This document shows positions 36,411 through 45,200 of a stretch of 47,162 bases of DNA, in pieces. The translations under genes were made by a program, and so were the position numbers. The stretch is from Planctomycetota bacterium (GTDB lineage Bacteria > Planctomycetota > UBA11346), in assembly GCA_038213805.1 (NCBI GenBank), contig JBBQSO010000041.1, forward strand, positions 1 through 47,162. The letters run 5' to 3'. Within the stretch, counting starts at the first letter, position 1, and the number at the start of each line of letters is the position of its first letter. The notes beneath the pieces are model-generated. The model was given only the letters and a program-made list of their open reading frames with translations, ran no database searches and was not told the origin of the DNA.

Positions 36411-37145
36411 ATGCCCATCGTCAACGTGAAAGAGCTCCTGGAATCCGGTATCCACTTCGGAACCGCCTCCAGTCTCTGGCACCCGCGCATGAAGCCGTAC
36501 ATCTTCGGCAAGCGCAACGCCATCCACATCCTCGACATCAAGCAGACCGTGCGCGGGCTGATCCAGGCGCACTACTACGCGGCCAAGCTCGGCAAGGCCA
36601 ACAAGACCATCCTCTTCGTGGGCACCAAGCGCCAGGCCCGCGACGTCGTCCGCGACGGCGCGCGCAGCATCGGCCAGCCGTACGTCGCCGAGCGCTGGCT
36701 GGGCGGCATCCTGACCAACTTCGAGACCGTGCGCGCCAGCGTGCGCCGCCTTGACGAGATCGAGCGCGACCAGGCGAGCCCGGAATACATCCGCGAGTCG
36801 AAGAAGGTCCAGGCCCGCGATGGTCGCGAGCGCCGCCGCATCCTGCGCAACCTCGAAGGCGTGCGCACCATGAACAAGCTGCCCGACGCGCTGTTCATCG
36901 TCGACCCGCACAAGGAGATGAGCGCGGTGCGCGAGGCCCACCGCCTGCGCATCCCGATCATCGGCCTGGTCGACACCGACTGCGATCCGGACCTCGTCAA
37001 CCTGCCCATCCCGGGCAACGACGACGGCATCCGCGCCATCCAGGCGGTGGTCAAGGTGGTCCTCGCCGGCTACACCAAGGGCCGCGCTGACCAGATCACC
37101 CGTGAGCCGGTGGCCCCCGCCGCCGCCGAGCCCGCGGCCAAGTGA
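36411..37145 (+). CDS. rpsB: 30S ribosomal protein S2
   Basis: LLESGIHFG, WHPRMKPYIFG, ILFVGTK, RWLGGILTN, DTDCDP and IPGNDD. Confidence 0.98.
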   Translation: MPIVNVKELLESGIHFGTASSLWHPRMKPYIFGKRNAIHILDIKQTVRGLIQAHYYAAKLGKANKTILFVGTKRQARDVVRDGARSIGQPYVAERWLGGILTNFETVRASVRRLDEIERDQASPEYIRESKKVQARDGRERRRILRNLEGVRTMNKLPDALFIVDPHKEMSAVREAHRLRIPIIGLVDTDCDPDLVNLPIPGNDDGIRAIQAVVKVVLAGYTKGRADQITREPVAPAAAEPAAK

Positions 37146-37151
37146 GCACGC

Positions 37152-37180
37152 CATCCGGGCGCGCGTCGCGCGCCCGGATG
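37152..37180 (+). other. GC-rich intergenic hairpin between rpsB and tsf
   Basis: CATCCGGGCGCGCG-T-CGCGCGCCCGGATG perfect inverted repeat; no U tail. Confidence 0.7.
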
Positions 37181-37235
37181 CCTGCTCCCGTCCTGCTCCC
37201 CGCACGAACCGGCGCCTCCGCGCCCTGGTGACACC

Positions 37236-38078
37236 ATGAATAATCCCCAGCTCGAGATCACCGCAAAGCTCGTGATGACGCTGCGCGACCGTACCACCCT
37301 GCCGATGATGAAGTGCAAGCAGGCGCTCGAGGCGACCAAGGGTCAGCCCAGCGAGGAGGCCTGGATGGAGGCCGCCATCAGCCACCTGCGCAAGCAGGGC
37401 CTGGCCGCGGCCGACAAGTTTGCCGGCCGCGAGACCGCCAACGGCGGCCTCGGACTCGCCCTCGCCCCCGGTAAGGGCACCCTCGTCCTGCTCGGCTGCC
37501 AGACCGACTTCGTGTCCGGCAACGATGTCTTCAAGGAGCTGGTGAAGCAGCTCGCCGAAACCGCGCTGAAAGCCGGCGCCACCGACGTCGACGCGCTCAA
37601 GGCCGCGCCCTTCGACGGCACCACTGTCGCCGAGGCCATCCCCCTCAAGATCCAGCAGATCGGTGAGAACCTGGTCATCGCCCGGGTCGCGCCGCTCAGC
37701 GGCGACGTGGTGGTCGGCTACAACCACGGCGGCAAGATTGCCACCCTGGTCAGCGGCACCGGCGACGCCGCCAAGCTGCGCATGATCGCCCTGCACGTCG
37801 CCTCGGCCAACCCCGCCCCGGTCGCGCTCGCGCGCGCCGGCGTCGATCCCGAGCTGATCAAAAAGGAGGAGGAGATCCTTCTCGCCACGCCCGAGGTCAC
37901 CGCCAAGCCCGAAGGCATGCGCGGCAAGATCGTCCAGGGCAAGCTTGGCCGCTTCTACAAGGAGCGTGTGCTCCTCGAGCAGGAGATGCTGCTCGACGCC
38001 GAGAAGGGCGAGAGCGTCGAGAAGTATGCCGCCCGCCACGGTCTGACCGTGACCGGGTTCGTGCGCCTGTCGGTCTGA
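37236..38078 (+). CDS. tsf: Translation elongation factor Ts
   Basis: LRDRT..PMMKCKQAL, LRKQG, CQTDFV, IGEN and KIVQGKL; follows rpsB. Confidence 0.96.
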   Translation: MNNPQLEITAKLVMTLRDRTTLPMMKCKQALEATKGQPSEEAWMEAAISHLRKQGLAAADKFAGRETANGGLGLALAPGKGTLVLLGCQTDFVSGNDVFKELVKQLAETALKAGATDVDALKAAPFDGTTVAEAIPLKIQQIGENLVIARVAPLSGDVVVGYNHGGKIATLVSGTGDAAKLRMIALHVASANPAPVALARAGVDPELIKKEEEILLATPEVTAKPEGMRGKIVQGKLGRFYKERVLLEQEMLLDAEKGESVEKYAARHGLTVTGFVRLSV

Positions 38079-38103
38079 GACCTGCGCGCGCTCCAGTCTC
38101 ATG

Positions 38104-38131
38104 AAACCCTCGGCTCCGGCCGGGGGTTTTC
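38104..38131 (+). terminator. Intrinsic terminator after tsf
   Basis: AAACCCTCGGC-TCCG-GCCGGGGGTTTT stem-loop with a U tract. Confidence 0.75.
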
Positions 38132-38139
38132 TGTTGCTG

Positions 38140-38397
38140 TCGATAGCCGACAGCCGACAGCCGATAAAACAGGAGGGATGGAGACGCGGAGGCAAGAGGA
38201 GGAGGCAGGGGTGGGGGTGGCGGTACGCTGGACCGACGCTGCGGAGCCCTCGGGAGGGCGGCGATTTTCGAGAACGGAGTCAGCCAGGCCTCTGCATGCC
38301 TCCTCCTCCGATCTCCGCGTCTCCATCCCTCCTGTTTTATCGGCTGTCAGTGGTCGGCTGTCAGTGGTCGGCTGTTCGGCTGGTCGGTTGTCCGTCT
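38140..38397. repeat. MITE/REPIN-like cassette: 36-bp perfect inverted repeats flanked by heptamer arrays (CAGCCGA / TCGGCTG, TCAGTGG)
   Basis: 38156-38191 is the exact reverse complement of 38313-38348; a further 12-bp pairing (GAGGAGGAGGCA/TGCCTCCTCCTC) lies inside. Confidence 0.9.
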
Positions 38398-38405
38398 CCT
38401 GACTG

Positions 38406-39602
38406 CTATTCCAGTTCGATGCCGATCGCCTTCGCCATCTCCTGCGCGCGATCCCGCGCCTGCTCCACCGTGTCCCCCGCCGCCACCGCGACCGCGAGCC
38501 GCCGCTTGCCGGTGCACACCGGCTTGCCGAACAGCCGCACCTGGCTCTCGGGGACGGCGAGGGCCAAGTCGAGGCCGGTGAACAGCGGCACGCCCTCGCC
38601 CTCGCCGAGGATGGCGGCGCTGGCGGCGGGGCGCAGCACCTGGATGGGCGGCACCGGCAGGCCGAGGATGGCACGCGCGTGCAGCGCGAACTGGCTGTAC
38701 TGCTGGCTGCCGAGCGTGACCAGGCCGGTGTCGTGCGGACGCGGGCTGACCTCGCTGAAGATCACCTGCTCGCTGCCGTCCGCCGCGTGCGCGACGAACA
38801 GCTCGACACCGAAGATGCCGTGCCCGCCGAGCGCCTGCACCACGCGTGTGGCGATGCGCTGGCTCTCCGCCCAGGCGGCCGGCGACATCGGCGTGGGCTG
38901 CCAGGACTCGCGGTAGTCGCCGTCGATCTGAATGTGGCCGATGGGCGGGCAGCACTGGATGCCGTTCACCGCGCTGACCGTCAGCACGGTGATCTCGTAG
39001 GTGAAGCGCACGAAGCCCTCGACGATGCACATGCCGGCGCCGGCGCGGCTGCCCGCCTGCGCGTAGGCCCAGGCCTGCTCGATCGCTTCCGGCCCGCGCA
39101 CCACGCTTTGGCCCTTGCCCGATGACGACATGATGGGCTTGATCACGCACGGATAGGCGAGCGCCTGCGCGGCGGCGGCGAACTCGGCGGCGGTTTCCAC
39201 GAAGCGGTAGGGCGAGGTCGGTAGGCCGAGCTCCTCGGCGGCCAGGCGGCGGATGCCGGCGCGGTTCATGGTCAGCTGCGCGGCGCGCGCGCAGGGCGCG
39301 ACGTGGAAGCCCTCGCGCTCGAGCGCGACCAGGGTGTCGGTGGCGATGGCTTCGATCTCGGGGACGATCAGGTGCGGGCGCTCGGCCTCGACCACGGCGC
39401 GCAGGCGCGCGCCGTCGAGCATCGGGAAGACGTGGCTGCGGTGCGCGACCTGCATCGCCGGCGCGTGCGCGTAGCGGTCGCAGGCGATGACCTCGCAGCC
39501 CAGGCGCTGCAGCTCGATCGCCACCTCCTTGCCGAGCTCGCCGGAACCGAGCAGCATGACCCGGGTGGCGGAGGGGGAGAGCGGGGTGCCGAGCGTGGTC
39601 AT
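38406..39602 (-). CDS. purT: Formate-dependent phosphoribosylglycinamide formyltransferase
   Basis: [46 protein letters not shown] and [12 protein letters not shown]. Confidence 0.97.
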   Translation of the reverse strand: MTTLGTPLSPSATRVMLLGSGELGKEVAIELQRLGCEVIACDRYAHAPAMQVAHRSHVFPMLDGARLRAVVEAERPHLIVPEIEAIATDTLVALEREGFHVAPCARAAQLTMNRAGIRRLAAEELGLPTSPYRFVETAAEFAAAAQALAYPCVIKPIMSSSGKGQSVVRGPEAIEQAWAYAQAGSRAGAGMCIVEGFVRFTYEITVLTVSAVNGIQCCPPIGHIQIDGDYRESWQPTPMSPAAWAESQRIATRVVQALGGHGIFGVELFVAHAADGSEQVIFSEVSPRPHDTGLVTLGSQQYSQFALHARAILGLPVPPIQVLRPAASAAILGEGEGVPLFTGLDLALAVPESQVRLFGKPVCTGKRRLAVAVAAGDTVEQARDRAQEMAKAIGIELE

Positions 39603-39925
39603 GGAGGGGGATGGTCTGGCGGCCGGCCTCGTGGCAACGCCTAAGACGCCGCCTACTGGGCTTGCCGGCGCCGAGGCCCAGCGTCCGATGTCGTGTCACC
39701 CTGTGACCTTCCGTCATTTTTCGAGCGCTGCACGCGGGCGCGACGCCCGGTTACGCGACCGCCGCCATCCCGCCATGGGCGGCGGCCCCTCCGCCCGCCC
39801 GTGGTTGGGATTCCATGAAGACGCGGGGCCGACGACCGTGCCGGACCGTCCTTGCCTTGACTGCGCCCAAAGCGATCCAGCGTGGGCCATGCGCCGGGAG
39901 CACCTCCGGCCGGAAACGCCCCGCC

Positions 39926-40903
39926 ATGCCGGACACGTCCAAGTCGCTGCCTGCACACCGCCTCGGCATCGACCTGGGGGGGACCAAGATGTATGCGCTG
40001 GTCATCGACCGGAAGGGCAAGGTGCTGGGGTCGTCACGGCGCGCGACCAAGAGCGAGCTCGGCTACCGCAAGGTCCTGGCTCGCCTCGCCGAAACCGCAC
40101 GCGAGGCGGCGTTCGAGGCCGGGATCAAACTCAAGGAGCTGCACAGCGTCGGGGTCGGCGTTCCCGGGCCGGTTGACGCGGCCAAGGGTCGCGTGCTGCT
40201 GGCGCCCAACCTCGGCTGGGGCGCCAAGCCGGTGGCCAAGGACCTCGGCGCGCTGCTTGGCAAGCGCGTGGTGCTGGGCAACGACGCCAACTTCGGCGGT
40301 CTCGGCGAGGCCACCCACGGCGCGGCGCGCGGCACCGCCAGCTCGGTCGGCGCCTTCGTCGGCACCGGCCTGGGTGGCTCGGTGGTGCTCGCCGGGCGGG
40401 TGCTGAACGGCGCGCACGGCTTCGGCGGCGAACTCGGACACATCCGTGCGCCCTTCGGCACCGCGACGTGCACCTGCGGCCGGGTCGGCTGCCTCGAGAC
40501 CATCGCCAGCAAGACCGGCATCGCGCGCATCATCGCCGCGGGCGTCAAGGCCGGGAAGCGTAGCAAGCTCAAACTCTCCGATGACGGCCGGCTGCGTTCC
40601 GGCGACCTGCTGCGCGCGTGGCGGGCGGGCTGCCCGCTCACCATCGACGCGCTCACCCAGTGCGCGCGTGCGCTGGCTTGGGGCCTCGCCACCGCGGCCA
40701 ATCTCGTCGATCCCGAGGTCTTCATCCTCGGCGGCGGCGTCATGGAGGCGCTCGGCGACGAGCTGCTGCCGCTGGTGCGCGGCAGCCTCGGCGAATTCAG
40801 CGTGCAGTTCACGCGCCGCAAGGCCGACCTGCGCCGCGCCCGCCTCGGCGACGAGGCGGTGGCGACGGGTGCGGCCGTGGCCAGCGTCCCGCAGGAGACC
40901 TGA
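39926..40903 (+). CDS. ROK-family sugar kinase (glucokinase-like)
   Basis: GIDLGGTK, GVGVPG, NDAN, GTGLGG, GELGH and Zn motif CTCGRVGCLE; no N-terminal HTH. Confidence 0.92.
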   Translation: MPDTSKSLPAHRLGIDLGGTKMYALVIDRKGKVLGSSRRATKSELGYRKVLARLAETAREAAFEAGIKLKELHSVGVGVPGPVDAAKGRVLLAPNLGWGAKPVAKDLGALLGKRVVLGNDANFGGLGEATHGAARGTASSVGAFVGTGLGGSVVLAGRVLNGAHGFGGELGHIRAPFGTATCTCGRVGCLETIASKTGIARIIAAGVKAGKRSKLKLSDDGRLRSGDLLRAWRAGCPLTIDALTQCARALAWGLATAANLVDPEVFILGGGVMEALGDELLPLVRGSLGEFSVQFTRRKADLRRARLGDEAVATGAAVASVPQET

Positions 40904-40906
40904 CGC

Positions 40907-42496
40907 ATGGCCGATGCGCTGACCGTCACCGCCGTTCCCGCTGCGGCACCGCGCCCGGTCGCGGTGGTCGACTGCGGCACCAGCTCGGTGCGCGCCTACA
41001 TCGCCGAACTGGTCGGCGACGGCTACCGCATCCTTGAGGACCTCGCCTATCCGGTCGACATGACCACCAGCTTCATCGCCGGCAAGCTGACGCGCGAGGC
41101 CATGGACGGCGTGGTCGACGCCTTCGCCGGCATCGTCGCGGTGGCGCGCAGCTATGGCATCGCCGAAGTGCGCGCGGTGGCGACCTCGGCCCTGCGCGAG
41201 GCGGTCAACGCCGACGTGCTGATCGAGCGCGTCCGCGACCGCCACAACGTGGTGCTGGAGGCGATCGACAACGCCGAGGAGGCGCGGCTCTACGGCGAGG
41301 CGCTGCGCATCCTGCTCAAGCGCTGCGGCAAGCGCCTGCAGGGCAACACCCTGTTCATCGACCTCGGCTCGGGCAGCACCTGCATCAGCCTGCTCCACGA
41401 CGGCAAACTGGTGCACTCGGTCGACGAGCACTACGGCACGGTCCGCCTCTACGAGCAGTTCAAGGCCCTGCGGGACAGCACCGACTTCAGCGTCACCGTC
41501 GACCGCTTCGCGCTCGGCGCGGCGCGCATGCTGCTCGACCGGTTGCCCAAGGGCAGGGTCAACCACCTGGTGGTCACCGGCGGCGACGTGCGCCGGCTCT
41601 ACGGCCTCATGCAGCCGGCGTCCGGCGGCGCGGGCGGCGCCCAGCCGGCGGCCAAGCCGCTGATCGAACCGCTCTCGGCCCAGGACCTCGACGCGTGGTT
41701 CGAGCGCATGCGCCCGCTGACTCCGCCGGCGCGCGCCGCGGCCTGCCGCTGCGACGCGCGCGCTGCTGCGCTGCTGCTGCCGGCCGCCGGGCTGATCCGC
41801 CACCTCTGCCAGGAGACCGGCGCGCAGCGCGCGCTGGTGCCGCACTTCACCATGCGCGACGGCATGCTCGCCGACCTGCTGCCGGGCTCGCACGGGGCGC
41901 ACTACCTGGACGCGTCCGACCTGCTCGCCGAGGCGCGCCAGCTGGTCACGCGCTATGGCGGCAACCTGCCCTACGCGCAGAGCACGGCCGGACTGGCGGT
42001 GCAGATCTTCGACCAGACCACGACCCTGCACCACCTCGGCGAGCGCGAGCGCACGCTGCTCGAGTTCTCGGCGTTGGTGCACGACATCGGTTCGTTCATC
42101 AACGTGCGCAACCGCCACAAGCACACCATGTACATCATCCAGAGCGCGGACATCGCCGGGCTGACTGCGCTGGAGAAGGACCTGGTCGCCAACATCGCGC
42201 GCTACCATCGCAAGAGCCCGCCCGAGCCGCACCACCAGGAGTTCCAGTCGCTGCCGCGCCGCGGCCGCGTGGTGGTCAGCTACCTGGCGGCGATTCTGCG
42301 CCTCGCCTACGCGCTGGACGTCGAGCGCACCCAGCGCATCGCGCGCCTGCGCTGCGAGGTGCGCGGCGAGGACTTCCTGATCCACGTCGACCGGCGCCAG
42401 GTCGCGCTCGAGCGCTGGGCGGTGGAAGGCAAGTCGAACCTGTTCGAGGAAGTCTTCGGCTTCACCGTGCTGGTGGTCCCGCGCGAAGACGCCTGA
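40907..42496 (+). CDS. ppx: Ppx/GppA exopolyphosphatase with C-terminal HD domain
   Basis: VDCGTSSVR, ATSALREA, EEARL, DLGSGS, HDIG and ARYHRKS; adjacent to ppk1. Confidence 0.9.
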   Translation: MADALTVTAVPAAAPRPVAVVDCGTSSVRAYIAELVGDGYRILEDLAYPVDMTTSFIAGKLTREAMDGVVDAFAGIVAVARSYGIAEVRAVATSALREAVNADVLIERVRDRHNVVLEAIDNAEEARLYGEALRILLKRCGKRLQGNTLFIDLGSGSTCISLLHDGKLVHSVDEHYGTVRLYEQFKALRDSTDFSVTVDRFALGAARMLLDRLPKGRVNHLVVTGGDVRRLYGLMQPASGGAGGAQPAAKPLIEPLSAQDLDAWFERMRPLTPPARAAACRCDARAAALLLPAAGLIRHLCQETGAQRALVPHFTMRDGMLADLLPGSHGAHYLDASDLLAEARQLVTRYGGNLPYAQSTAGLAVQIFDQTTTLHHLGERERTLLEFSALVHDIGSFINVRNRHKHTMYIIQSADIAGLTALEKDLVANIARYHRKSPPEPHHQEFQSLPRRGRVVVSYLAAILRLAYALDVERTQRIARLRCEVRGEDFLIHVDRRQVALERWAVEGKSNLFEEVFGFTVLVVPREDA

Positions 42497-42527
42497 GCCC
42501 TCTCCCTCGTCCGCCGCCGGGAACGCC

Positions 42528-44738
42528 ATGAACACCGACAAGCACAAGCACAAGCACGCCGCCCACGCCCGTCCCCCGGCGCCGACCGCGCGCTTCCGCG
42601 CCACCACGACCTCGGCGGCTGCCGCGGTCGAGCACGCGGTGCCGGCGCGCGAGCGCTACACCCACCGCGAGCTGTCCTGGCTGGCCTTCAACCGCCGCGT
42701 CCTGGAGGAGGCCCAGGACGAGGCCACGCCGCTGCTCGAACGGCTCAAGTTCCTCGCCATCGTCAGCTCCAACCTCGACGAGTTCGTGATGGTCCGCGCC
42801 GCCGAGCTGCACGCCCAGGCGCACGGCCGTGAGAGCGACGGTGACGAGGCGCGCACCGCCGACGCCAAGCTGCTGTTCACCGAGGTGCGCGCCGGCATGC
42901 GCCGCCTGGTCGAAGACCAGTACCGCTGCTGGCGCGAGCAGGTCGCGCCCGCGCTCGCCGCGCAGGGCGTGGTGCTGGTGGGTCCGGACGCCTGGCAGCC
43001 GGTCGAGCGCGAGTCGCTGCGCACGCACTTCCGCAACCAGCTCGAGCCGGTGCTGACGCCGCTTGGCGTCGATCCGACCAAGCCCTTCCCGGTGGTCGCC
43101 AACCGCGGCCTCAACGTCGCCGTGCAGCTCGAACCCGAGGACGGCGGGCAGGCGCGCAGCGCGCTGGTCGCGGTGCCCGGCGGTGGACGACTGGTCGCGC
43201 TCGGCGGCGCTCCCGGGCGCTTCGCCCTGGCCGAGGACGTGGTGCTGACCTTTCTCGACAGCCTGTTCCCGGGCTACCGCATCCTCGGCCGCTCGCTGTT
43301 CCGCGCCACCCGCGACGGTGCGCTCGAGATCGACGAGGATCAGGCCATCGACATGCTCAGCGAGATCGAGCAGGAGCTGTCGAGCCGCGATCGCAGCCAC
43401 GTGGTGCGCCTCGAGGTGCCGGCGGCCGGCGACCAGGGCCTGCGCGCCTGGCTGAGCGCCGCCATGGACCTCGACCCGGCCGACATCGAGGCGGTCGACG
43501 GGCCGCTCGACATGACCGTGTTCTTCACGCTTGGCGACCGCGTCGAGCGCGCCGACCTGCGCGACCAGCCGTTCACCGCCGCCGCCCACCCCGGCGAATG
43601 GGACGATCCCTTCACGCGCATCCGCAGCGCCGAAACCCTCATCCATCACCCCTTCCAGACCTTCCAGCGCATCGTCGAGCTGGTCGAGAAGGCGGCGGCC
43701 GACGAGCGCGTACTGGCCATCAAGCAGACCCTCTACCGGGTCTCGGGCAACTCGCCGATCGCGCGTGCTTTGGTGCGCGCGGCCAAGGCCGGCAAGCAGG
43801 TGACGGTGCTGATCGAGCTGATGGCGCGCTTCGACGAGGCCACCAACATCCGCTGGGCCAAGGCCCTGCAGGAGGCCGGTGCGCACGTGGTCTACGGCCT
43901 GGTCGGCCTCAAGGTGCACGCCAAGCTGCTGATGATCATCCGCAAGGACGAGGATGGCCTGCGTCGTTACGTCCACCTCGGCACCGGCAACTACAATGAC
44001 AAGACCGCGCGGCTCTATACCGACATCAGCTACCTGACCTGCAACGAGGCGGTCGGCCGCGACGTCGCGGCGCTGTTCAACATGCTCACCGGCTACAGCC
44101 AGCCGCCCGAGTGGGAGCGTTTGGCGGTGGCGCCGCTGACCCTGCGCGCACGCATGGTCGAGTGGATCCGTCGCGAGGCCGCGCACGCGCGCCTCGGCCG
44201 GGGCGGCCGCATCATCGCCAAGTTCAACAGCCTGGTCGACGAGGGCATCTGCGACGAGCTCTACGCCGCCAGCCAGGCGGGTGCGCAGATCGACCTGATC
44301 GTGCGCGGCATGTGCATCCTGCGTCCCGGGGTGCCCGGGCTGTCGGGCACCATCCGGGTACGCTCGCTGGTCGGGCGGCTGCTCGAACACAGCCGCATCT
44401 ACTATTTCGCCAACCACGGCGAGCCGGTGATCGGCATCTCCTCGGCGGATTGGATGACGCGCAACCTTGATCGTCGCGTCGAATACTTCGTGCGCATCGA
44501 GGACGAGGCGCTGCGCGAGCGCCTCATGGCCATCCTCGACATCTGCCTGGAGGACAATGTCCAGGCGCGCGTGCTTGAGGCCGACGGCACGTACCGTCGC
44601 CTGCGCCCCGCGCCCGGCGAGGCGCCGCGCGCCGCCTTCATCCGCCTGCTGGAGGAGGGCGCGCTTGCCGTCGACTCCCCGCCCGGTGAGGAGCCGCGCA
44701 CCGGGCCGCGTTTCAAGCCGCGCCGCAAGCAGGAGTAG
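42528..44738 (+). CDS. ppk1: Polyphosphate kinase 1
   Basis: RELSWLAFNRRVL, SNLDEF, HHPF, IKQTLYR, ARFDE, LKVHAK (phospho-His), HLGTGNYN, EHSRIY and SADWM. Confidence 0.97.
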   Translation: MNTDKHKHKHAAHARPPAPTARFRATTTSAAAAVEHAVPARERYTHRELSWLAFNRRVLEEAQDEATPLLERLKFLAIVSSNLDEFVMVRAAELHAQAHGRESDGDEARTADAKLLFTEVRAGMRRLVEDQYRCWREQVAPALAAQGVVLVGPDAWQPVERESLRTHFRNQLEPVLTPLGVDPTKPFPVVANRGLNVAVQLEPEDGGQARSALVAVPGGGRLVALGGAPGRFALAEDVVLTFLDSLFPGYRILGRSLFRATRDGALEIDEDQAIDMLSEIEQELSSRDRSHVVRLEVPAAGDQGLRAWLSAAMDLDPADIEAVDGPLDMTVFFTLGDRVERADLRDQPFTAAAHPGEWDDPFTRIRSAETLIHHPFQTFQRIVELVEKAAADERVLAIKQTLYRVSGNSPIARALVRAAKAGKQVTVLIELMARFDEATNIRWAKALQEAGAHVVYGLVGLKVHAKLLMIIRKDEDGLRRYVHLGTGNYNDKTARLYTDISYLTCNEAVGRDVAALFNMLTGYSQPPEWERLAVAPLTLRARMVEWIRREAAHARLGRGGRIIAKFNSLVDEGICDELYAASQAGAQIDLIVRGMCILRPGVPGLSGTIRVRSLVGRLLEHSRIYYFANHGEPVIGISSADWMTRNLDRRVEYFVRIEDEALRERLMAILDICLEDNVQARVLEADGTYRRLRPAPGEAPRAAFIRLLEEGALAVDSPPGEEPRTGPRFKPRRKQE

Positions 44739-44759
44739 GCGCGTCCCCACGGGATTTTG

Positions 44760-44784
44760 ACCGCCAAGACGCCATGACGCCAAG
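44760..44784. repeat. Short octamer repeat (CGCCAAGA / CGCCATGA / CGCCAAG)
   Basis: accgccaagacgccatgacgccaag just after the ppk1 stop; a related aacgcctaagacgcc lies at ~39636-39650. Confidence 0.5.
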
Positions 44785-44897
44785 GTCAGGGCAGGAGGGC
44801 TGGGACGTGACTGGGCACGCCCGGCTAGGTCATCGATTCACGATGCGTAAACCGTGACGTCGTCGGTGGCGTCCGTTCGCCCCGCGGCCGGGAACTG

Positions 44898-44940
44898 ATT
44901 AAGTAATAAAATCATAAATTATTATTATATAAGTACTTAT
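44898..44940. promoter_or_regulatory. AT-rich island containing the palindrome ATAAGTACTTAT
   Basis: 39 of 43 bases are A/T in a GC-rich context. Confidence 0.6.
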
Positions 44941-45200
44941 GACTCATTAGATTGCGTGGGAGAGGCGTCGTTTCTTAAGCGCCATCTGATCGCCGAAGCC
45001 GCCTTTGGGGGCTTGCACATAGCCCAAGCTCGGCGACTCGTGGTGTCTGGATGTCTTGGCGATTGAGACCCCCAGTGAGACGACTCGACCCGGTACTGGC
45101 GGCCCCGGGGCATGGCACCCAGCCCAGCCGAGTCCGACCCCTTGCCCGTTTGCAACCCAGGCCGGGGGCTTAGGACAGAGGACCCCTCCGGAATCGACCC

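Noticed and set aside
39693..39717. Pho box upstream of ROK-ppx-ppk1
   Set aside because: The GTCAY-like half sites are spaced 8 and 10 nt apart rather than 11; only a weak GTCAC-N3-GTGAC palindrome remains.
39603..39925. ZTP or purine riboswitch upstream of purT; PyrR attenuator upstream of carA/carB
   Set aside because: Conserved core sequences were not found by eye, and purT looks leaderless.
42539..42557. CAAGCA x3 at the ppk1 5' end as a phase-variation tract
   Set aside because: The unit is 6 nt and in frame (KHKHKH), so copy changes would not switch expression.
44905..44942. dif site or oriC
   Set aside because: CATAA/TTAT spacing does not fit the 6-bp dif core, there is no XerD arm (TTATGTTAAAT), and no DnaA-box cluster is nearby. 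The only DnaA-box-like 9-mer noticed (TTGTCCACA, ~30394) is isolated inside aroK.
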